Notes: generated by a model not told the origin, from the sequence alone. Shown: positions 29,000 to 39,095, counted from the stretch's first letter. The stretch is 64,000 nt of DNA from an uncultured Clostridia bacterium (GCA_947591785.1 CANQDK010000004.1:12137-76136), one strand, 5' to 3'. Made by a program: numbers and translations.

Positions 29000-29461
29000 A
29001 TGATTATCGAAGGGAAGATTTCACCTTATAAGCATAAATTAACAAAACTTTTTGAGATTACAGAAGAAATTCTTGAAGAGGATTTTTCAAATGTAAATGT
29101 TTCACTTAACTTCGTTAGCGAAGATGAAATTCGAGAACTGAATAATAATTTTAGAGAAATTGATAAAGTGACTGATGTCTTGTCTTTTCCGTTTCTTGAA
29201 AAGAAAACCACTGAAAAATTAATAAATTTTTCAAAAGAAAAAGTTGATGGAATTTTGTTTTTGGGGGACATTGTTATTTGTAAAAATAAAGCTGTTTCTC
29301 AAGCAAAAGAATATGGGCACAGCTTGGAAAGAGAAATATGCTTTCTGGCATTGCATGGGCTTTTGCATCTTTTAGGATATGACCATATTGAAAAAAGTGA
29401 CGAATTAGTAATGCAAGAAAAAGCAAAACAGATTCTTGATAAATTTGGGGTTGTAAGATAA
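29000..29461 (+). CDS. ybeY: rRNA maturation endoribonuclease YbeY
   Basis: HGLLHLLGYDH zinc motif. Confidence 0.9.
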   Translation: MIIEGKISPYKHKLTKLFEITEEILEEDFSNVNVSLNFVSEDEIRELNNNFREIDKVTDVLSFPFLEKKTTEKLINFSKEKVDGILFLGDIVICKNKAVSQAKEYGHSLEREICFLALHGLLHLLGYDHIEKSDELVMQEKAKQILDKFGVVR

Positions 29462-29488
29462 AATTTAGTTTGGAAGAAAAATAAATTT

Positions 29489-30403
29489 ATGATGAAAAAA
29501 GATATAAAAAAAGAGAATTTTCATTGTGGGTATGTGGCAATTTTGGGTAGAGCAAATGCAGGAAAAAGCAGTTTGGTTAATTTTATTGTTGGTGAAGAAG
29601 TTGCAATTGTTTCTCATAGGAAGCAAACAACAAGAGAGCAAATTCTAGGCATAAAAACAGAGAAAAATTATCAAATTTTGTTTATAGATACGCCTGGTAT
29701 TCATCATAGTAAAAATATGCTCGATAAAAGAATGAATAAAAATGTTAGGAATGCTCTTGGACAAGCAGATGTTCTGGTTTATCTTTTTGATGGTGCGAAA
29801 TCTCTTGATGATGAAGAAATTCAATATTTACAAAATCTTAAAACAAAATCTGAAAATATTATAATTGTGGAAACAAAAACAGATAAAATAAATGATGCTA
29901 AAACAAAGAAAATTGAATCTGAGAATATTTTTAGACTTCAAAATGAAATTTTGAATGAGAAAATCCCTTTTGAAAAAATCTCTGTTGTTACTGGAGAAAA
30001 TATTGAAAAATTAGAAAAAAAGATTGTAAATTTTTTGCCAATAAATAAACCTATTTATGATGCTGAGCTTTACACAGATAAAAGCGTAAAATTTCTTATT
30101 GCCGAAAAAATACGTGGACTATTTTTAGAAAATTTAGATGAGGAAATTCCTCATGGTATTGCAGTTGTTATAACTTCATTTAATGAAAAAAATGATAAAG
30201 TTGAAATTGAAGCAGATATTATTTGTGAACGTGACAAACATAAGGGGATTATTATTGGAAAAAAAGGTGCAAATTTAAAAAAAATCGGTGAAAAAGCAAG
30301 ACTGTTTGCAGAAAATTTATTAGAAAAAAAATGTTTCTTGAAGTTATTTGTCAAAGTTGACGAAAATTGGCGTGAGAAAAATGTTGAAAAATATTATGAT
30401 TAA
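29489..30403 (+). CDS. era: GTPase Era
   Basis: GRANAGKSS, DTPGI, ETKTD, and a C-terminal KH domain (GIIIGKKGANLKKIG). Confidence 0.95.
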   Translation: MMKKDIKKENFHCGYVAILGRANAGKSSLVNFIVGEEVAIVSHRKQTTREQILGIKTEKNYQILFIDTPGIHHSKNMLDKRMNKNVRNALGQADVLVYLFDGAKSLDDEEIQYLQNLKTKSENIIIVETKTDKINDAKTKKIESENIFRLQNEILNEKIPFEKISVVTGENIEKLEKKIVNFLPINKPIYDAELYTDKSVKFLIAEKIRGLFLENLDEEIPHGIAVVITSFNEKNDKVEIEADIICERDKHKGIIIGKKGANLKKIGEKARLFAENLLEKKCFLKLFVKVDENWREKNVEKYYD

Positions 30404-30590
30404 AATCATATTAAAATTTAAAAAAAAATTCTATTTTAGAATTTTTTTTATTTTTATAATTTAATTTATATTAAAAAAAATTAAAAAATAAATTATATTT
30501 TTACAATTAATTAAAAATAAATTTTTAGAAATTCTTATAAATTTGTTTAATTTTTAAAAGTTTATCACAAAATAAGTTTAAGGAGGTTTT

Positions 30591-30845
30591 ATGATTATTG
30601 CAAACTATATTGCGTATGTTTTGACAATTATTGGTGCATTAAACTGGGGACTTGTTGGAATTTTTGATTTCAATCTTGTTTCTTGGATTTGTATGGGCTA
30701 TCGAAATGGTTGGGCGATTGCTATTTATGTTTTGATAATGCTTTCTGCAATTTGGCTCATTATTTCTCCAATAATTTCAAAAGGAATGTTAGATTTGGGT
30801 TGCCCTTATAAAAAAGAAATGCAAAATAAAAAAGACAGCAAATAA
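30591..30845 (+). CDS. DUF378 family small membrane protein
   Basis: IGALNWGLVGIFDFNLV. AAGGAGG serves as the RBS. Confidence 0.75.
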   Translation: MIIANYIAYVLTIIGALNWGLVGIFDFNLVSWICMGYRNGWAIAIYVLIMLSAIWLIISPIISKGMLDLGCPYKKEMQNKKDSK

Positions 30846-30866
30846 AATGCTGTCTTTCTTTTTTCA
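30831..30866 (+). terminator. Rho-independent terminator overlapping the stop codon
   Basis: AAGACAGCA...TGCTGTCTT followed by a T-run. Confidence 0.7.
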
Positions 30867-30948
30867 AAAAGTAGTGAGTTCTTTCATTTTATTGATTATA
30901 ATAATCATGAAGATAATGTTTACTTGTTTTTAACAATTAAAGCAAGGA

Positions 30949-31755
30949 TTACTTTGCCATTTCAGGTGCTTTGGAATATATTTTTGCTGGTTGATTTTCA
31001 GGGTTTATTATGCAATGTCTTTCTTGATTTGTTTTAGAGCAAAATACACGTTCTGGAATGTCTTGCAATTTATCAAAACTTGAAAGAGGTAAATTATTAA
31101 ATACAATGCAGGATTCAGTAGGGCTATTTTTTGAAAAATCCAACATTGTTGCATCATACATAACAACTCTGTCATCTAATTTAATTAAATTAAATGCATG
31201 ATGTTCTTTTCTTCCATCGACAATGATTGGAGAAATCACAAGTTCACTTTCAAAACCAAGAAATTTAAAAAGTTGATGTGCTATACATGCTCTTTCTATG
31301 CACCAAGCATTTTGTGTGCCTTTGAAAGCAGAAATATAATTTTTTTCATTTTTGTCCAATTCATCTTGATTTGTGAGATGTGAGAGTCTATCAGAGGTTG
31401 TTCCAGAGACTTCTGCTCCACCAATATATTCAAAAATTGTTGTGGTAATCAGTTTTGAAAGTTCTTCAAAATTTTGTGGCTTCTGAATATTGATTTTTTT
31501 AGATAAAGAATCACAAATCTCTGTTGTTGCATCGAAAAAATAAGAATAAACATCTCCTAATCCACTACAAATAAAAATTTCTGTTTTTTTACTGTCTAAG
31601 GTATATCTATAGGCGACAGGTTGGGGCAGGGGTTTTATATTAAGAGGAAAATGAGATTCATTATTTTCCGAAAGTAATTTTGATATGCGAGTGTTTACGA
31701 ATTCTTCTAGTTCTTTTCCCTCTTTTTTTAATAGTTTTAAAATAACATCATTCAT
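30949..31755 (-). CDS. Hypothetical protein with a possible transglutaminase-like Cys-His-Asp core
   Basis: AAGGAGAG precedes ATG 31755. NAWCIERACIAHQLFKFLG...HHAFNLI...VMYDAT resembles the C-H-D pattern. The function call is weak. Confidence 0.5.
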   Translation of the reverse strand: MNDVILKLLKKEGKELEEFVNTRISKLLSENNESHFPLNIKPLPQPVAYRYTLDSKKTEIFICSGLGDVYSYFFDATTEICDSLSKKINIQKPQNFEELSKLITTTIFEYIGGAEVSGTTSDRLSHLTNQDELDKNEKNYISAFKGTQNAWCIERACIAHQLFKFLGFESELVISPIIVDGRKEHHAFNLIKLDDRVVMYDATMLDFSKNSPTESCIVFNNLPLSSFDKLQDIPERVFCSKTNQERHCIINPENQPAKIYSKAPEMAK

Positions 31756-31909
31756 AAATGCTCTCCTTGTAAAATGGTTAACTTTTAGCAAAATAATTCA
31801 AACAATTCTTACTAATTTAAATTTTTCTCTAAACTAACTATTTCAGAGACATTATAACGCATGAATCCTATTTTGTAAATAGTTACGGAAAGAAAGTTGA
31901 TGCTTTTTG

Positions 31910-33178
31910 CTATTTTAAAGTTTTGCAACCCAAGAATGGCACAAGGACATCTGGAACTGTTACTGTGCCGTCTGCATTTTGATATTGTTCCAAAATTGCA
32001 GGAAAAATTCGACTTGTGGCAATTCCACTGGCGTTGAGTGTGTAAACAAATTCTTTATGTCCATCTTTTCGCAGAACGCGAGTGTTTGTTCGGCGTGCTT
32101 GATAGTCCAATGCTGTGCTTATACTACTTACTTCTGTGTATTTGTTCATGCTTGGAATATAAATCTCAATATCCCATGTTTGTGCCATTCCGTGTGCATA
32201 ATCTCCGCCAGCAAGTTGGACAATGCGATAATGAAGCCCAAGTTTTTGCACAATGCGTTCTGCTTTGCTCAAAAGTTCGTTCCAAGCACGTTCATTGTCC
32301 TCTGGCAAAACATATTCCACCATTTCCACTTTGTTGAATTGATGACCACGTATCATGCCTTTTTCTTCTGGGCGATTGCTACCTGCTTCGATGCGAAAAC
32401 ATGGTGTATAGGCAAAATATTTCTTTGGCAATTCTTCTTCTTTTAAAATTTCATCTCTATGCAAATTTACAAGTGCTGTTTCCGCTGTTGGAAGAAGAAA
32501 ATTGTTTGGCAAAAATTTTTTATCAATAAAATAATCTTCATTTGCGAATTTAGGAAATTGACCTGCACCAAATCCACATTCATATTTCAAAATATGTGGC
32601 AGAAGTTTAAATTCAAATCCGTCAGCAAGATGTTCGTTTATACAAAAATTTAAAATTGCCCATTCAAGTCTTGCACCAAATCCAGAGTAAATCCAATTTC
32701 CTTCGCCAGCAATTTTGATTGCACGCTCATAATCAATCAGTCCTAAATTTTTACAAATCTCAATATGTGTTTTTGGCTTGAAATTAAAAATTGGTTTTTC
32801 CTTGTATTCTCGCAAAATTTTATTATTTTGCTTTCCACCTGCAGGGGTGTTTTCTGTAACAATGTTTGGAAGTGCAAAATAAATTTCGTTAAATTCATCC
32901 ATTATTTTATTGTATTCTTTTGTAATTTCTGCCACTTGGCGAGTGTTATCACGCATTTTTTGTTGTAAATCTGTTATGTTTTGCCCATTTCGTTTTGCTA
33001 TTTCAAATTCTTTTGCACCTTTATTCTTTTGTGCAAGCAAGTTTTCTTTCTCTTGTTTTAATTTGATGGCTTTGTCATAAAGAGCAAGCATTTCATCTAA
33101 ATCAACCTCATATTCGCGTTTTGCAAAACATTCTTTATAGTATTCTTTTCGATTTTTAATATCTTTAATATCAAACAT
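31910..33178 (-). CDS. serS: Seryl-tRNA synthetase
   Basis: N-terminal coiled coil and class II motifs (FRIEAGS..., GHQFNKVEM, NASGIATSR). AAGGAG serves as the RBS. Confidence 0.97.
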   Translation of the reverse strand: MFDIKDIKNRKEYYKECFAKREYEVDLDEMLALYDKAIKLKQEKENLLAQKNKGAKEFEIAKRNGQNITDLQQKMRDNTRQVAEITKEYNKIMDEFNEIYFALPNIVTENTPAGGKQNNKILREYKEKPIFNFKPKTHIEICKNLGLIDYERAIKIAGEGNWIYSGFGARLEWAILNFCINEHLADGFEFKLLPHILKYECGFGAGQFPKFANEDYFIDKKFLPNNFLLPTAETALVNLHRDEILKEEELPKKYFAYTPCFRIEAGSNRPEEKGMIRGHQFNKVEMVEYVLPEDNERAWNELLSKAERIVQKLGLHYRIVQLAGGDYAHGMAQTWDIEIYIPSMNKYTEVSSISTALDYQARRTNTRVLRKDGHKEFVYTLNASGIATSRIFPAILEQYQNADGTVTVPDVLVPFLGCKTLK

Positions 33179-33308
33179 TTTTATCTCCTTATAGGCTTAT
33201 AGCCTTTTTTATTGTTAATTTTTTCTTTGCAACTTTATTGCACAAAAATACTTTATCCCTTTCGGGACAACTTTAAATAAGCAATAAACAGAAGATAAAA
33301 TTTCATAT

Positions 33309-33535
33309 AAAAAACCTCCAAAAGATTTTGTCTTTTAGAGGCGAATTATTTATCCGCGGTGCCACTCTAATTGGGCAAATAGCCCCACTCATTTTTTGCA
33401 TTTTTTGTTGTGCAGTTCAACCTGACTTTCGCCAGAGCCTCCAAGGTGGAAATAGTAATCGTTTCATTTGCTTTCACCAAACGCAAACTCTCTGTATCAA
33501 CTTTTACTAACAGTCTTTTCATCGGCTTTATATTA
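33309..33535 (-). promoter_or_regulatory. T-box leader of serS
   Basis: On the minus strand: AGAGAG and GGTGAAAG stem I elements, the T-box AATTAGAGTGGCACCGCGG (33354-33372) and the terminator CCTCTAAAAGA...TCTTTTGGAGG plus T6 (33309-33341). I could not assign the specifier codon with confidence; a UCC followed by A is present. Confidence 0.85.
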
Positions 33536-33618
33536 ATATGTTAACAAATAAAATCTAAGAAGTCAATATAAAATTAAGAAATAATTTTGCAAAGAAACTG
33601 TTTGTTTTCTATTGACAA

Positions 33619-33652
33619 TAAAAAATAACCTAAAATTAATTTCTTTTAGGTT
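33619..33652 (-). terminator. Rho-independent terminator ending the tRNA-Trp/phosphatase/HAD unit
   Basis: AACCTAAAA...TTTTAGGTT with a T-run on the minus strand. Confidence 0.65.
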
Positions 33653-33664
33653 ATCGTCTGTAAA

Positions 33665-33691
33665 GCACAAACAAATTAATTAGAACTCATT
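33665..33691. repeat. Direct repeat X (copy of the phosphatase gene 3' end), partner 34370-34396
   Basis: 25 of 27 nt are identical. It supplies the last 4 codons and the stop of the HAD gene, read in a different frame. Confidence 0.8.
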
Positions 33692-34329
33692 TCTTGAATT
33701 ATTTTGTCTAATTTTTCTAATGTATCATTAATGTTTGAATTGTCGAACAGAAATGTTTTTCCGCCAAGTTCTTCAAAAGGATACAAGTTTTTTATATTGT
33801 CATCAATAAAAATACTGTTTGTAGTGTTAATATTAAATTTTTCTAAAGCTTTTAAATAAAATGAAATATCTGGTTTCCTTAAACCAAAATCGCAAGAAAA
33901 TGCATCATTATCAAACAAGGACAAATCCAAAAATTTAGGCAAAATATCAACAATTTCTTTGCACATATTAGACATAATAAAAATTTTGCAACCTTTGCTT
34001 TTGATTTTTTTTATAAATTCTATTGTTTGCAAATAAACAAAATTGTTTTCTGGGTTTAATACACTATAAAAAACTTCTTTGATGACTTCATCAGGTTCTT
34101 TGCTTTTTCTTAAAATTTCACGAAAAACATCTTCTGCAAGCACAAAGCCTTTGTCCCATTCTTTAAATATTGGAAGAGAAAGATATCTTCCAACAAAATC
34201 GCATAAACCATCATTTTGATATTGTAGTTGATATTTTTTCTTTAGTTTTTCTGGCAAAATTTCCAAAATAGGAGTGTTTTTGATTCCTCTAATTACGCCA
34301 TCTAAATCAAAAATAACATTTTTTATCAT
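33676..34329 (-). CDS. HAD-superfamily hydrolase
   Basis: VIFDLDGVI (motif I), SNM, IFIDDN. GGGGAG precedes ATG 34329. Confidence 0.8.
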   Translation of the reverse strand: MIKNVIFDLDGVIRGIKNTPILEILPEKLKKKYQLQYQNDGLCDFVGRYLSLPIFKEWDKGFVLAEDVFREILRKSKEPDEVIKEVFYSVLNPENNFVYLQTIEFIKKIKSKGCKIFIMSNMCKEIVDILPKFLDLSLFDNDAFSCDFGLRKPDISFYLKALEKFNINTTNSIFIDDNIKNLYPFEELGGKTFLFDNSNINDTLEKLDKIIQEMSSN

Positions 34330-34341
34330 TTTTCTCCCCAA

Positions 34342-34376
34342 TGTTTCTATATAGGTTGTTCATGGCAGGGCACGAA
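34342..34376. repeat. Degenerate copy of the tRNA-Trp 3' end plus downstream flank, partner 34981-35015
   Basis: 26 of 35 nt match without gaps, including the exact 8-mer TGGCAGGG (the CCCTGCCA acceptor/CCA end). Confidence 0.6.
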
Positions 34377-34396
34377 CAAACTAATTAGAACTCATT
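34370..34396. repeat. Direct repeat Y (authentic phosphatase 3' end)
   Basis: See the partner at 33665-33691. Confidence 0.8.
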
Positions 34397-34966
34397 ATTA
34401 AATTTATTTTTCTTGTTAAAATCCAATATCAAAGGGCTTCCTGTTGGAATTTCAAAAGTTAGATAATTGCCATCTTTTGGCTTTCCTTTAAAATAACTCA
34501 TTAAAACACATCCAACTCCACCATGAGAGACTAATAAAATGTTATCATTAGGATTTTTCTTTAATTCATCTAACAATTCGAAAACACGTGTTTCAACATC
34601 ATTAATCGATTCTGCTTTTTCAAATTTCTGTTTTCTATTTGAATTCCAAAATCCATTAAAATCAAATTCGCTACGTGTTAAACCTTCAAACTCTCCAAAA
34701 TCTCTTTCAATCAAACGATCGTCAATCTCAACAGTTGCCGTGCCATTTGAAATTATATCACAAGTTTGTCTTGCTCTTATGAGTGGACTGCAAATTATTC
34801 TTTTAAATTTAATATTTCTAAGAAATTCTTTTGTTTTTTCAGCTTGTTTTAAGCCTGCTTCATTTAAAGGAAGATCAACTCTTCCTTGGCATTTAGGACA
34901 CTTTATTCCATCGGAATTTCTGTAATCATTCCAATCTGTAGAGCCATGTCTTACAAAATATATCAT
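34385..34966 (-). CDS. Histidine phosphatase family protein (phosphoglycerate mutase-like)
   Basis: IYFVRHGSTDWN (RHG motif) and a later SHGG. Confidence 0.85.
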   Translation of the reverse strand: MIYFVRHGSTDWNDYRNSDGIKCPKCQGRVDLPLNEAGLKQAEKTKEFLRNIKFKRIICSPLIRARQTCDIISNGTATVEIDDRLIERDFGEFEGLTRSEFDFNGFWNSNRKQKFEKAESINDVETRVFELLDELKKNPNDNILLVSHGGVGCVLMSYFKGKPKDGNYLTFEIPTGSPLILDFNKKNKFNNEF

Positions 34967-34980
34967 AATTTTCCTCTAAA

Positions 34981-35015
34981 TGATTCGATTTAGGTTTTGC
35001 TTGGCAGGGGTGGAA
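34981..35015. repeat. tRNA-Trp 3' end plus 21-nt downstream flank (partner 34342-34376)
   Basis: See the partner at 34342-34376. Confidence 0.6.
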
Positions 35016-35075
35016 GGAGTTGAACCCTCCTCTGGAGTTTTGGAGACTCTCATTCTACCGATGAACTACACCCCT
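35002..35075 (-). tRNA. trnW: tRNA-Trp (anticodon CCA), CCA end encoded
   Basis: The minus strand reads AGGGGTGTAGTTCATCGGTAGAATGAGAGTCTCCAAAACTCCAGAGGAGGGTTCAACTCCTTCCACCCCTGCCA. It folds as a cloverleaf with anticodon loop CUCCAAA and T-loop GGTTCAACTCC. Confidence 0.9.
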
Positions 35076-35233
35076 ATATTTTTTGCAATTTGATTATCAT
35101 TTTGCTATGCTATTTTACTATAATTTGCTTTTCTTGTCAAGATTTTGCTCAAGGTGTTTGAAATTTTTTTTAATTTTCAAAAAAAAGTTGTTTTTTGTAG
35201 AGAATTTTTTGTTATAATAATAGGGGGTGCGAG

Positions 35234-35878
35234 ATGACAGAAAAAATTGTGAGTGATATTATTAACAGCAATGTTTTTGTTATTGAAAAAAATTGTAACT
35301 TCATCATTATTGATGCAGGTGCAAAAGTTGATACTGTCAAACACATTATTGAAAATATTTCTAAAAAATATTCTTTGGCTGATGGAAAGGCAAATGTTTT
35401 AGGTATCTTTTTGACGCATGGGCACTATGATCATTGCTTCTTTGTGCAGGACTACGCAAACACATTTGGTTGCAAGATTTATGCCAGCAAATTTGCGAAA
35501 GAATATTTGCAAAATCCTGATTATAACTACAGCGAAGGAAAATTTAAAATTGAAGATTTTAGTGATTTTCAGTTTCTTGATGGTGATGGACAAATATGTC
35601 TTGAGGATTTTAAAATCTCTTATTATCAACTTGGAGGGCATAGCAAAAGTGATGTGTGCTTTTTGATTGATGACGAAATTTTTGTTGGCGATGTGTTGAT
35701 TGGACGTAATATGGGGAGAATAGATTTATTTGGTGGTGACAAGGCAGAAATGAAGAAAAGTTTGGAAAAACTTGTCAAAATAAATTATAATGTTATGCAT
35801 TCAGGCCACGGAGAGGACAATTCTAAAGCATCTCAAGATAAAGTTGCAAAACTTTGGATTAAATTCCTTGGTAGGTGA
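35234..35878 (+). CDS. MBL-fold metallo-hydrolase
   Basis: LTHGHYDHC motif and a later GGHS. Confidence 0.85.
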   Translation: MTEKIVSDIINSNVFVIEKNCNFIIIDAGAKVDTVKHIIENISKKYSLADGKANVLGIFLTHGHYDHCFFVQDYANTFGCKIYASKFAKEYLQNPDYNYSEGKFKIEDFSDFQFLDGDGQICLEDFKISYYQLGGHSKSDVCFLIDDEIFVGDVLIGRNMGRIDLFGGDKAEMKKSLEKLVKINYNVMHSGHGEDNSKASQDKVAKLWIKFLGR

Positions 35879-36040
35879 AAAAACTTTGGTAATAGTTTGG
35901 TTAATTTAATGATTATATACTAATTTACTATATTTAACTTTGAATTTTTATTATGAACTAATTTATTATTTTATTCAAATTCTAAGGAATTCAAACTAAA
36001 CAAAATTTTTGTTGAGTGTGTTTTGAATGGTAAATAAAAA

Positions 36041-36063
36041 ACAGGGGCAACCTGTTTTTTTTT
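36041..36063. terminator. Bidirectional rho-independent terminator between convergent genes
   Basis: ACAGG-ggcaa-CCTGT followed by T9, with an A-run upstream. Confidence 0.7.
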
Positions 36064-36163
36064 GAAAAATTTTTAAATATTTGACTCTTAAATTTTAACT
36101 TTTGAATTTTTGAATTGAAATATTTGAATCTTAAATTTATAAATCGCTGAAATCTGAAATTAA

Positions 36164-36580
36164 TTATTGAAATTTGTGAACAAGACTTCTGAAGTTGATA
36201 TATCTGATTTGAAATTCTTTTGATTTTAGCATATCTTCTTTTGTGAGATTTGATTCAAAGGTGATGTGAACAGGAGTGGTGAATTGTTCTTTCGTGAAAT
36301 CATATTCTTTTCCGTCAATTTCGTTCCAATAATGTGTTTCGCCTGTTTCTTCAACATGTCCCATACAAACTTGTCCTCCAAATCTCTCTTGAATAAGAAG
36401 TGCAATGATTTCGCTGTGTCCACAAAAAGCATTTTCGTCTGTCCAGTTTGCTTTATACTTAGGGTCACATGTGCGTCTTGAACAAAACTCTTTGAGTTTT
36501 GCTGAATATTCTTTTGCTTCTTCAATTGTTTCAAGTTTTTTTAATTCTTTTTTGCCGAGTTTTTTATTTTCTCCTTTCAT
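36164..36580 (-). CDS. YunG-like family protein (function unknown)
   Basis: CGHSEIIALLIQERFGGQV...HYWNEIDGKEYDFTKEQF resembles the YunG family as I remember it. Confidence 0.55.
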   Translation of the reverse strand: MKGENKKLGKKELKKLETIEEAKEYSAKLKEFCSRRTCDPKYKANWTDENAFCGHSEIIALLIQERFGGQVCMGHVEETGETHYWNEIDGKEYDFTKEQFTTPVHITFESNLTKEDMLKSKEFQIRYINFRSLVHKFQ

Positions 36581-36735
36581 TTTTAAAATCCCCCAAAAAT
36601 TTATCTTTCACAATTTTTTTACACTTTTTCTTTAATTTTGTCAAATATTTTGGCAAAAAAATGCTAAAAATGTGCAATTTTTTGATTTTTTTATAAAATT
36701 TTAAGTTTTTTTGCAAAGAAAAAATTATATAAAAA

Positions 36736-37623
36736 TCAATTTTTAATTCTTCGGTCTTTTCCGTTGAGTAATAAAGTTATTGAATTTTCGCGGTCGGCTA
36801 TTCGTGAAAAAATTCGTTCGTCATATCGCTCTTGAATATCTGCTAAATCCAAATTTGTTGTTATAATTGTTGGAAGTTTTCTCATTCTTCGCTCATTGAG
36901 AATCAAATAAAAGTATTCAACTGTAACATTTTTATAAAGAGGTTCTGTTCCTAAATCATCAATAAATAAGATTTCGCAGTCAAGATATTTTTGAATTATC
37001 TCTTCATTTTGAGTTTTGGAAAATTCACGGAAATCTTGATTTGCATGAAAGGCCGTGACAATTTTGACAACTTTGGCTCGTTCAATCAAATCCTGTGCCA
37101 TACATCGTATGAGATGTGTTTTTCCAACACCTGTTGGCCCAGAAAGAAGAACTAAATCTTTTTTGAAATCGCTTGCACACCATTTTTGCATAATGTCATA
37201 ATATTTTGAAAGCTCTCCGCTTGTCTTTTTTGATTGTTCAAAACTTTCCAATTTTTCAAAACCACTTCCTGCCAGCAAGATTTTGGAAATCTCTGCTTTT
37301 AAACAAGAGCACATTTCTCCATTGATATAACCAGTGTCTTTGCATTTTGGACAGGAGTAGTTTGGTTTCAAATTTTGTAAATTGTATTCTATTTTAAGTT
37401 CTTCAAGTTCTTTTCGTAAATTTTCTTCGGTTTTGTCAAATTTTTTTAAGCCATTTGCCTCTTTTCGTGCATTTTCTATCGATATTTTTGTGTAAGCCGA
37501 ATTTATTTGTGAAAATCTTTTATCTGCATAAAGAGGGCTCATTTTTTTCTTATATTCATTTTCTGCTTGAAAGCGTCTTTCTCGCAAAACTGCAAGTGCG
37601 GAATTTATCAAATCTTGTTTCAT
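36736..37623 (-). CDS. dnaI: Helicase loader DnaI/DnaC-type ATPase
   Basis: An N-terminal CPKC...CSC zinc module, Walker A LSGPTGVGKTHL and Walker B ILFIDDLG. Confidence 0.85.
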   Translation of the reverse strand: MKQDLINSALAVLRERRFQAENEYKKKMSPLYADKRFSQINSAYTKISIENARKEANGLKKFDKTEENLRKELEELKIEYNLQNLKPNYSCPKCKDTGYINGEMCSCLKAEISKILLAGSGFEKLESFEQSKKTSGELSKYYDIMQKWCASDFKKDLVLLSGPTGVGKTHLIRCMAQDLIERAKVVKIVTAFHANQDFREFSKTQNEEIIQKYLDCEILFIDDLGTEPLYKNVTVEYFYLILNERRMRKLPTIITTNLDLADIQERYDERIFSRIADRENSITLLLNGKDRRIKN

Positions 37624-37631
37624 CTTTCACC

Positions 37632-39095
37632 TCAAATTTCGATTTCGTCAATGGATTGAAACAATGCATTCATTTCTTCACGTGTGTAGGAACGCCCAGT
37701 TGAAAAATTTGCCTTGTTTTTGGCTTTTGGCGAAACTATGTCAAAAGAGTTTTTTGCATCTTCAACTGTTTTGATTTTTTTGTCATTAAAGGAAGAAAGT
37801 ATTCCAGAAAGATATTGCATTGGCTGTTCTTTTCCAACTGAAAGGGTGCAGGCGTAGGATATGACATCGTCAGGCATTTTCCAAACTTGTGTCCAAATTT
37901 TATATTTGTCACGGTCAAACTGGTTGACATTTCTAGAAAGTCCAATACTTTCCAGAACTTCCTTTATCTTCTTATCGGTTGAAAGCACTTCGGAAATATA
38001 TTCGGAGAGTGCTTGTTCAGTTAAAATTCCAAGTTTTTGAAATTTTGTTAGAGTTTTATCCATTCCATCAAGAGTGCGAATCCCAGATTTGAAACAGAAA
38101 TTTGAAATCTGTTTTAAAAATTCATTTGAAAATCCCAAATTTATCCAAGGGAGAACATAATTGTCAACCACAGGTTCAAGGTTTTCATAGTATAAGCCAA
38201 GATTTTTGACAATACTTTGTGAAATTTCTTGCATTTTTGCACTGGTTTCTTCAAAATTTTTGATGTCTTCAATTGTCAATAAGCGACTGGCGAAATATTT
38301 GTCAAGTTTATTGTTGATTGTTTGGAAAGCATAGTCCTCGCGATATTTTTTGTTTTTCCTTACTTCTTTGGCAACATATTCAACAACTTCAAGTTCAAAT
38401 CCTTGTGAAACAATCCACTTTTTGAAAAGGTCAAATTCCTGCATGGAGAGAGGGCGTTTTATAGAAAGAATCTTTAAAAGTTGGTCGATTCCAATTTTCA
38501 TACTATCCATCTCTATAATTTTTTCTTTGACAGCATCAACAGTTGTGATTCCTTGATTTGCCCATTCTTTTGCAACTGCAGTGATGTATGCATAGCCTAT
38601 TTTATCACTATTTTTATATTTAACGCAGAAATCAATAATGCTTAAAAGTGCATTCTTCTCAATATGTAATCTTTCAATGAGGTCATAATATTCGCGATAT
38701 TCGTTTGGCGTTATCATTCTACCACGCAAGATTTCTTGTGCTTGAACATTGAAGTTTTCATATTTTTTTGCATTGTATTTTTTGTTGTTATTAATCACAT
38801 CTGTTAGTGGCAAATATCTCACTTCAAAAGGAATGACATTTATTATTTGCACAAGTCCCTGTTCTTGCCAATAATTGAATGCTTTCTCAACTTCTTCAAC
38901 TGAGATATGAAGTTCGGTAGAAAACCGTTCAAGAGTGTTGTCTTGAGCATTACTGTCTTGACATTTAAAAAGGCCATATATATAAACTCTCACAGCTTGT
39001 GAATCTGCATAAGGGAGATAGTTTGTGAGAAAAATATTGTCAACTTGTGTGACGTTGTTTGCGAGATGTTCAACTGAAAATCTACAAAAAGCCAT
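37632..39095 (-). CDS. dnaB: Replication initiation/membrane attachment protein (Bacillus-type DnaB, DnaD-domain protein)
   Basis: Its size, repeated DnaD-like domains and position immediately upstream of dnaI support the call. Confidence 0.75.
   Translation of the reverse strand: MAFCRFSVEHLANNVTQVDNIFLTNYLPYADSQAVRVYIYGLFKCQDSNAQDNTLERFSTELHISVEEVEKAFNYWQEQGLVQIINVIPFEVRYLPLTDVINNNKKYNAKKYENFNVQAQEILRGRMITPNEYREYYDLIERLHIEKNALLSIIDFCVKYKNSDKIGYAYITAVAKEWANQGITTVDAVKEKIIEMDSMKIGIDQLLKILSIKRPLSMQEFDLFKKWIVSQGFELEVVEYVAKEVRKNKKYREDYAFQTINNKLDKYFASRLLTIEDIKNFEETSAKMQEISQSIVKNLGLYYENLEPVVDNYVLPWINLGFSNEFLKQISNFCFKSGIRTLDGMDKTLTKFQKLGILTEQALSEYISEVLSTDKKIKEVLESIGLSRNVNQFDRDKYKIWTQVWKMPDDVISYACTLSVGKEQPMQYLSGILSSFNDKKIKTVEDAKNSFDIVSPKAKNKANFSTGRSYTREEMNALFQSIDEIEI

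Noticed and set aside
33328-33510. 60-aa plus-strand ORF
   Set aside because: It lies entirely within the minus-strand serS T-box leader.
36075-36138. 21-nt near-identical repeat AAATATTTGAMTCTTAAATTT (36075-36095 and 36118-36138)
   Set aside because: It is real (20 of 21 nt match), but it lies in an AT-rich convergent-terminator spacer with no associated feature. I could not assign it a function.
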